Shown here: positions 63,951 through 64,000 of the stretch, piece after piece
Numbering within the stretch: position 1 is the stretch's first letter
Layout: every line of letters begins with the position of its first letter
Source of the DNA: a virus
Length of the DNA stretch: 64,000 nucleotides
IMG/VR virus record: IMGVR_UViG_3300037011_001068
Span: 32,001 to 96,000 of that record
Direction: 5' to 3' (one strand)
Made by a program: the position numbers and the translations under genes
Notes under the pieces: model-generated
What the model was told of the DNA's origin: nothing
Seen by the model: the letters and a program-made list of their open reading frames with translations, nothing else
Databases searched by the model: none

Positions 63951-64000
63951 AGTCGATTGAGGGCAAGAAGGGGAACGAAAATGGACCTACTGAACATCCT

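Noticed and set aside
1-64000. Integrase, transposase, holin, tail genes, rRNA and host taxonomy
   Set aside because: No supporting motifs were seen in this window, and the host cannot be inferred reliably from the sequence alone.

Overview
This window is part of a large tailed-phage genome, almost entirely coded on the + strand, in three blocks. (1) Bases 1-17.8 kb: replication, recombination and lysis. It encodes a primase C-terminus, a sigma-like factor, a family A DNA polymerase with two mini-inteins, a UvsY-like protein, a gp32-like SSB with long Q/P-rich repeats, RecA, SbcD/SbcC, RuvC, a beta clamp and an amidase endolysin. (2) 17.9-32.1 kb: an accessory region with sigma70-type promoters, three of which share a palindromic operator. 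It holds an ADP-ribosylglycohydrolase, a tRNA-like RNA, interrupted genes, an Acb2/Tad1-like domain, an AcrVA2-like gene, a ParA/ParG-type partition pair (suggesting a phage-plasmid) and a PHP phosphoesterase. (3) 32.1-64 kb: head morphogenesis resembling SPO1/Herelleviridae (intein-bearing TerL, portal, prohead protease, scaffold, major capsid), interleaved with four very large multidomain 'polyvalent' proteins. Two signals stand out. First, the giant proteins are punctuated by (L/F/V/I)xK(A/S/G) motifs like the predicted capsid maturation site, often followed by a conserved GP(F/Y)IGP(K/R)GGxW(A/E)DxxHxxxW peptide; this suggests protease-processed, capsid-targeted effector polyproteins. Second, the 10-mer TCCAG(A/C)AATT occurs about 40 times by eye, marks gene boundaries in the accessory region, and its core is arrayed upstream of parA. 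All assignments come from motifs recognised by eye; no database searches were run.
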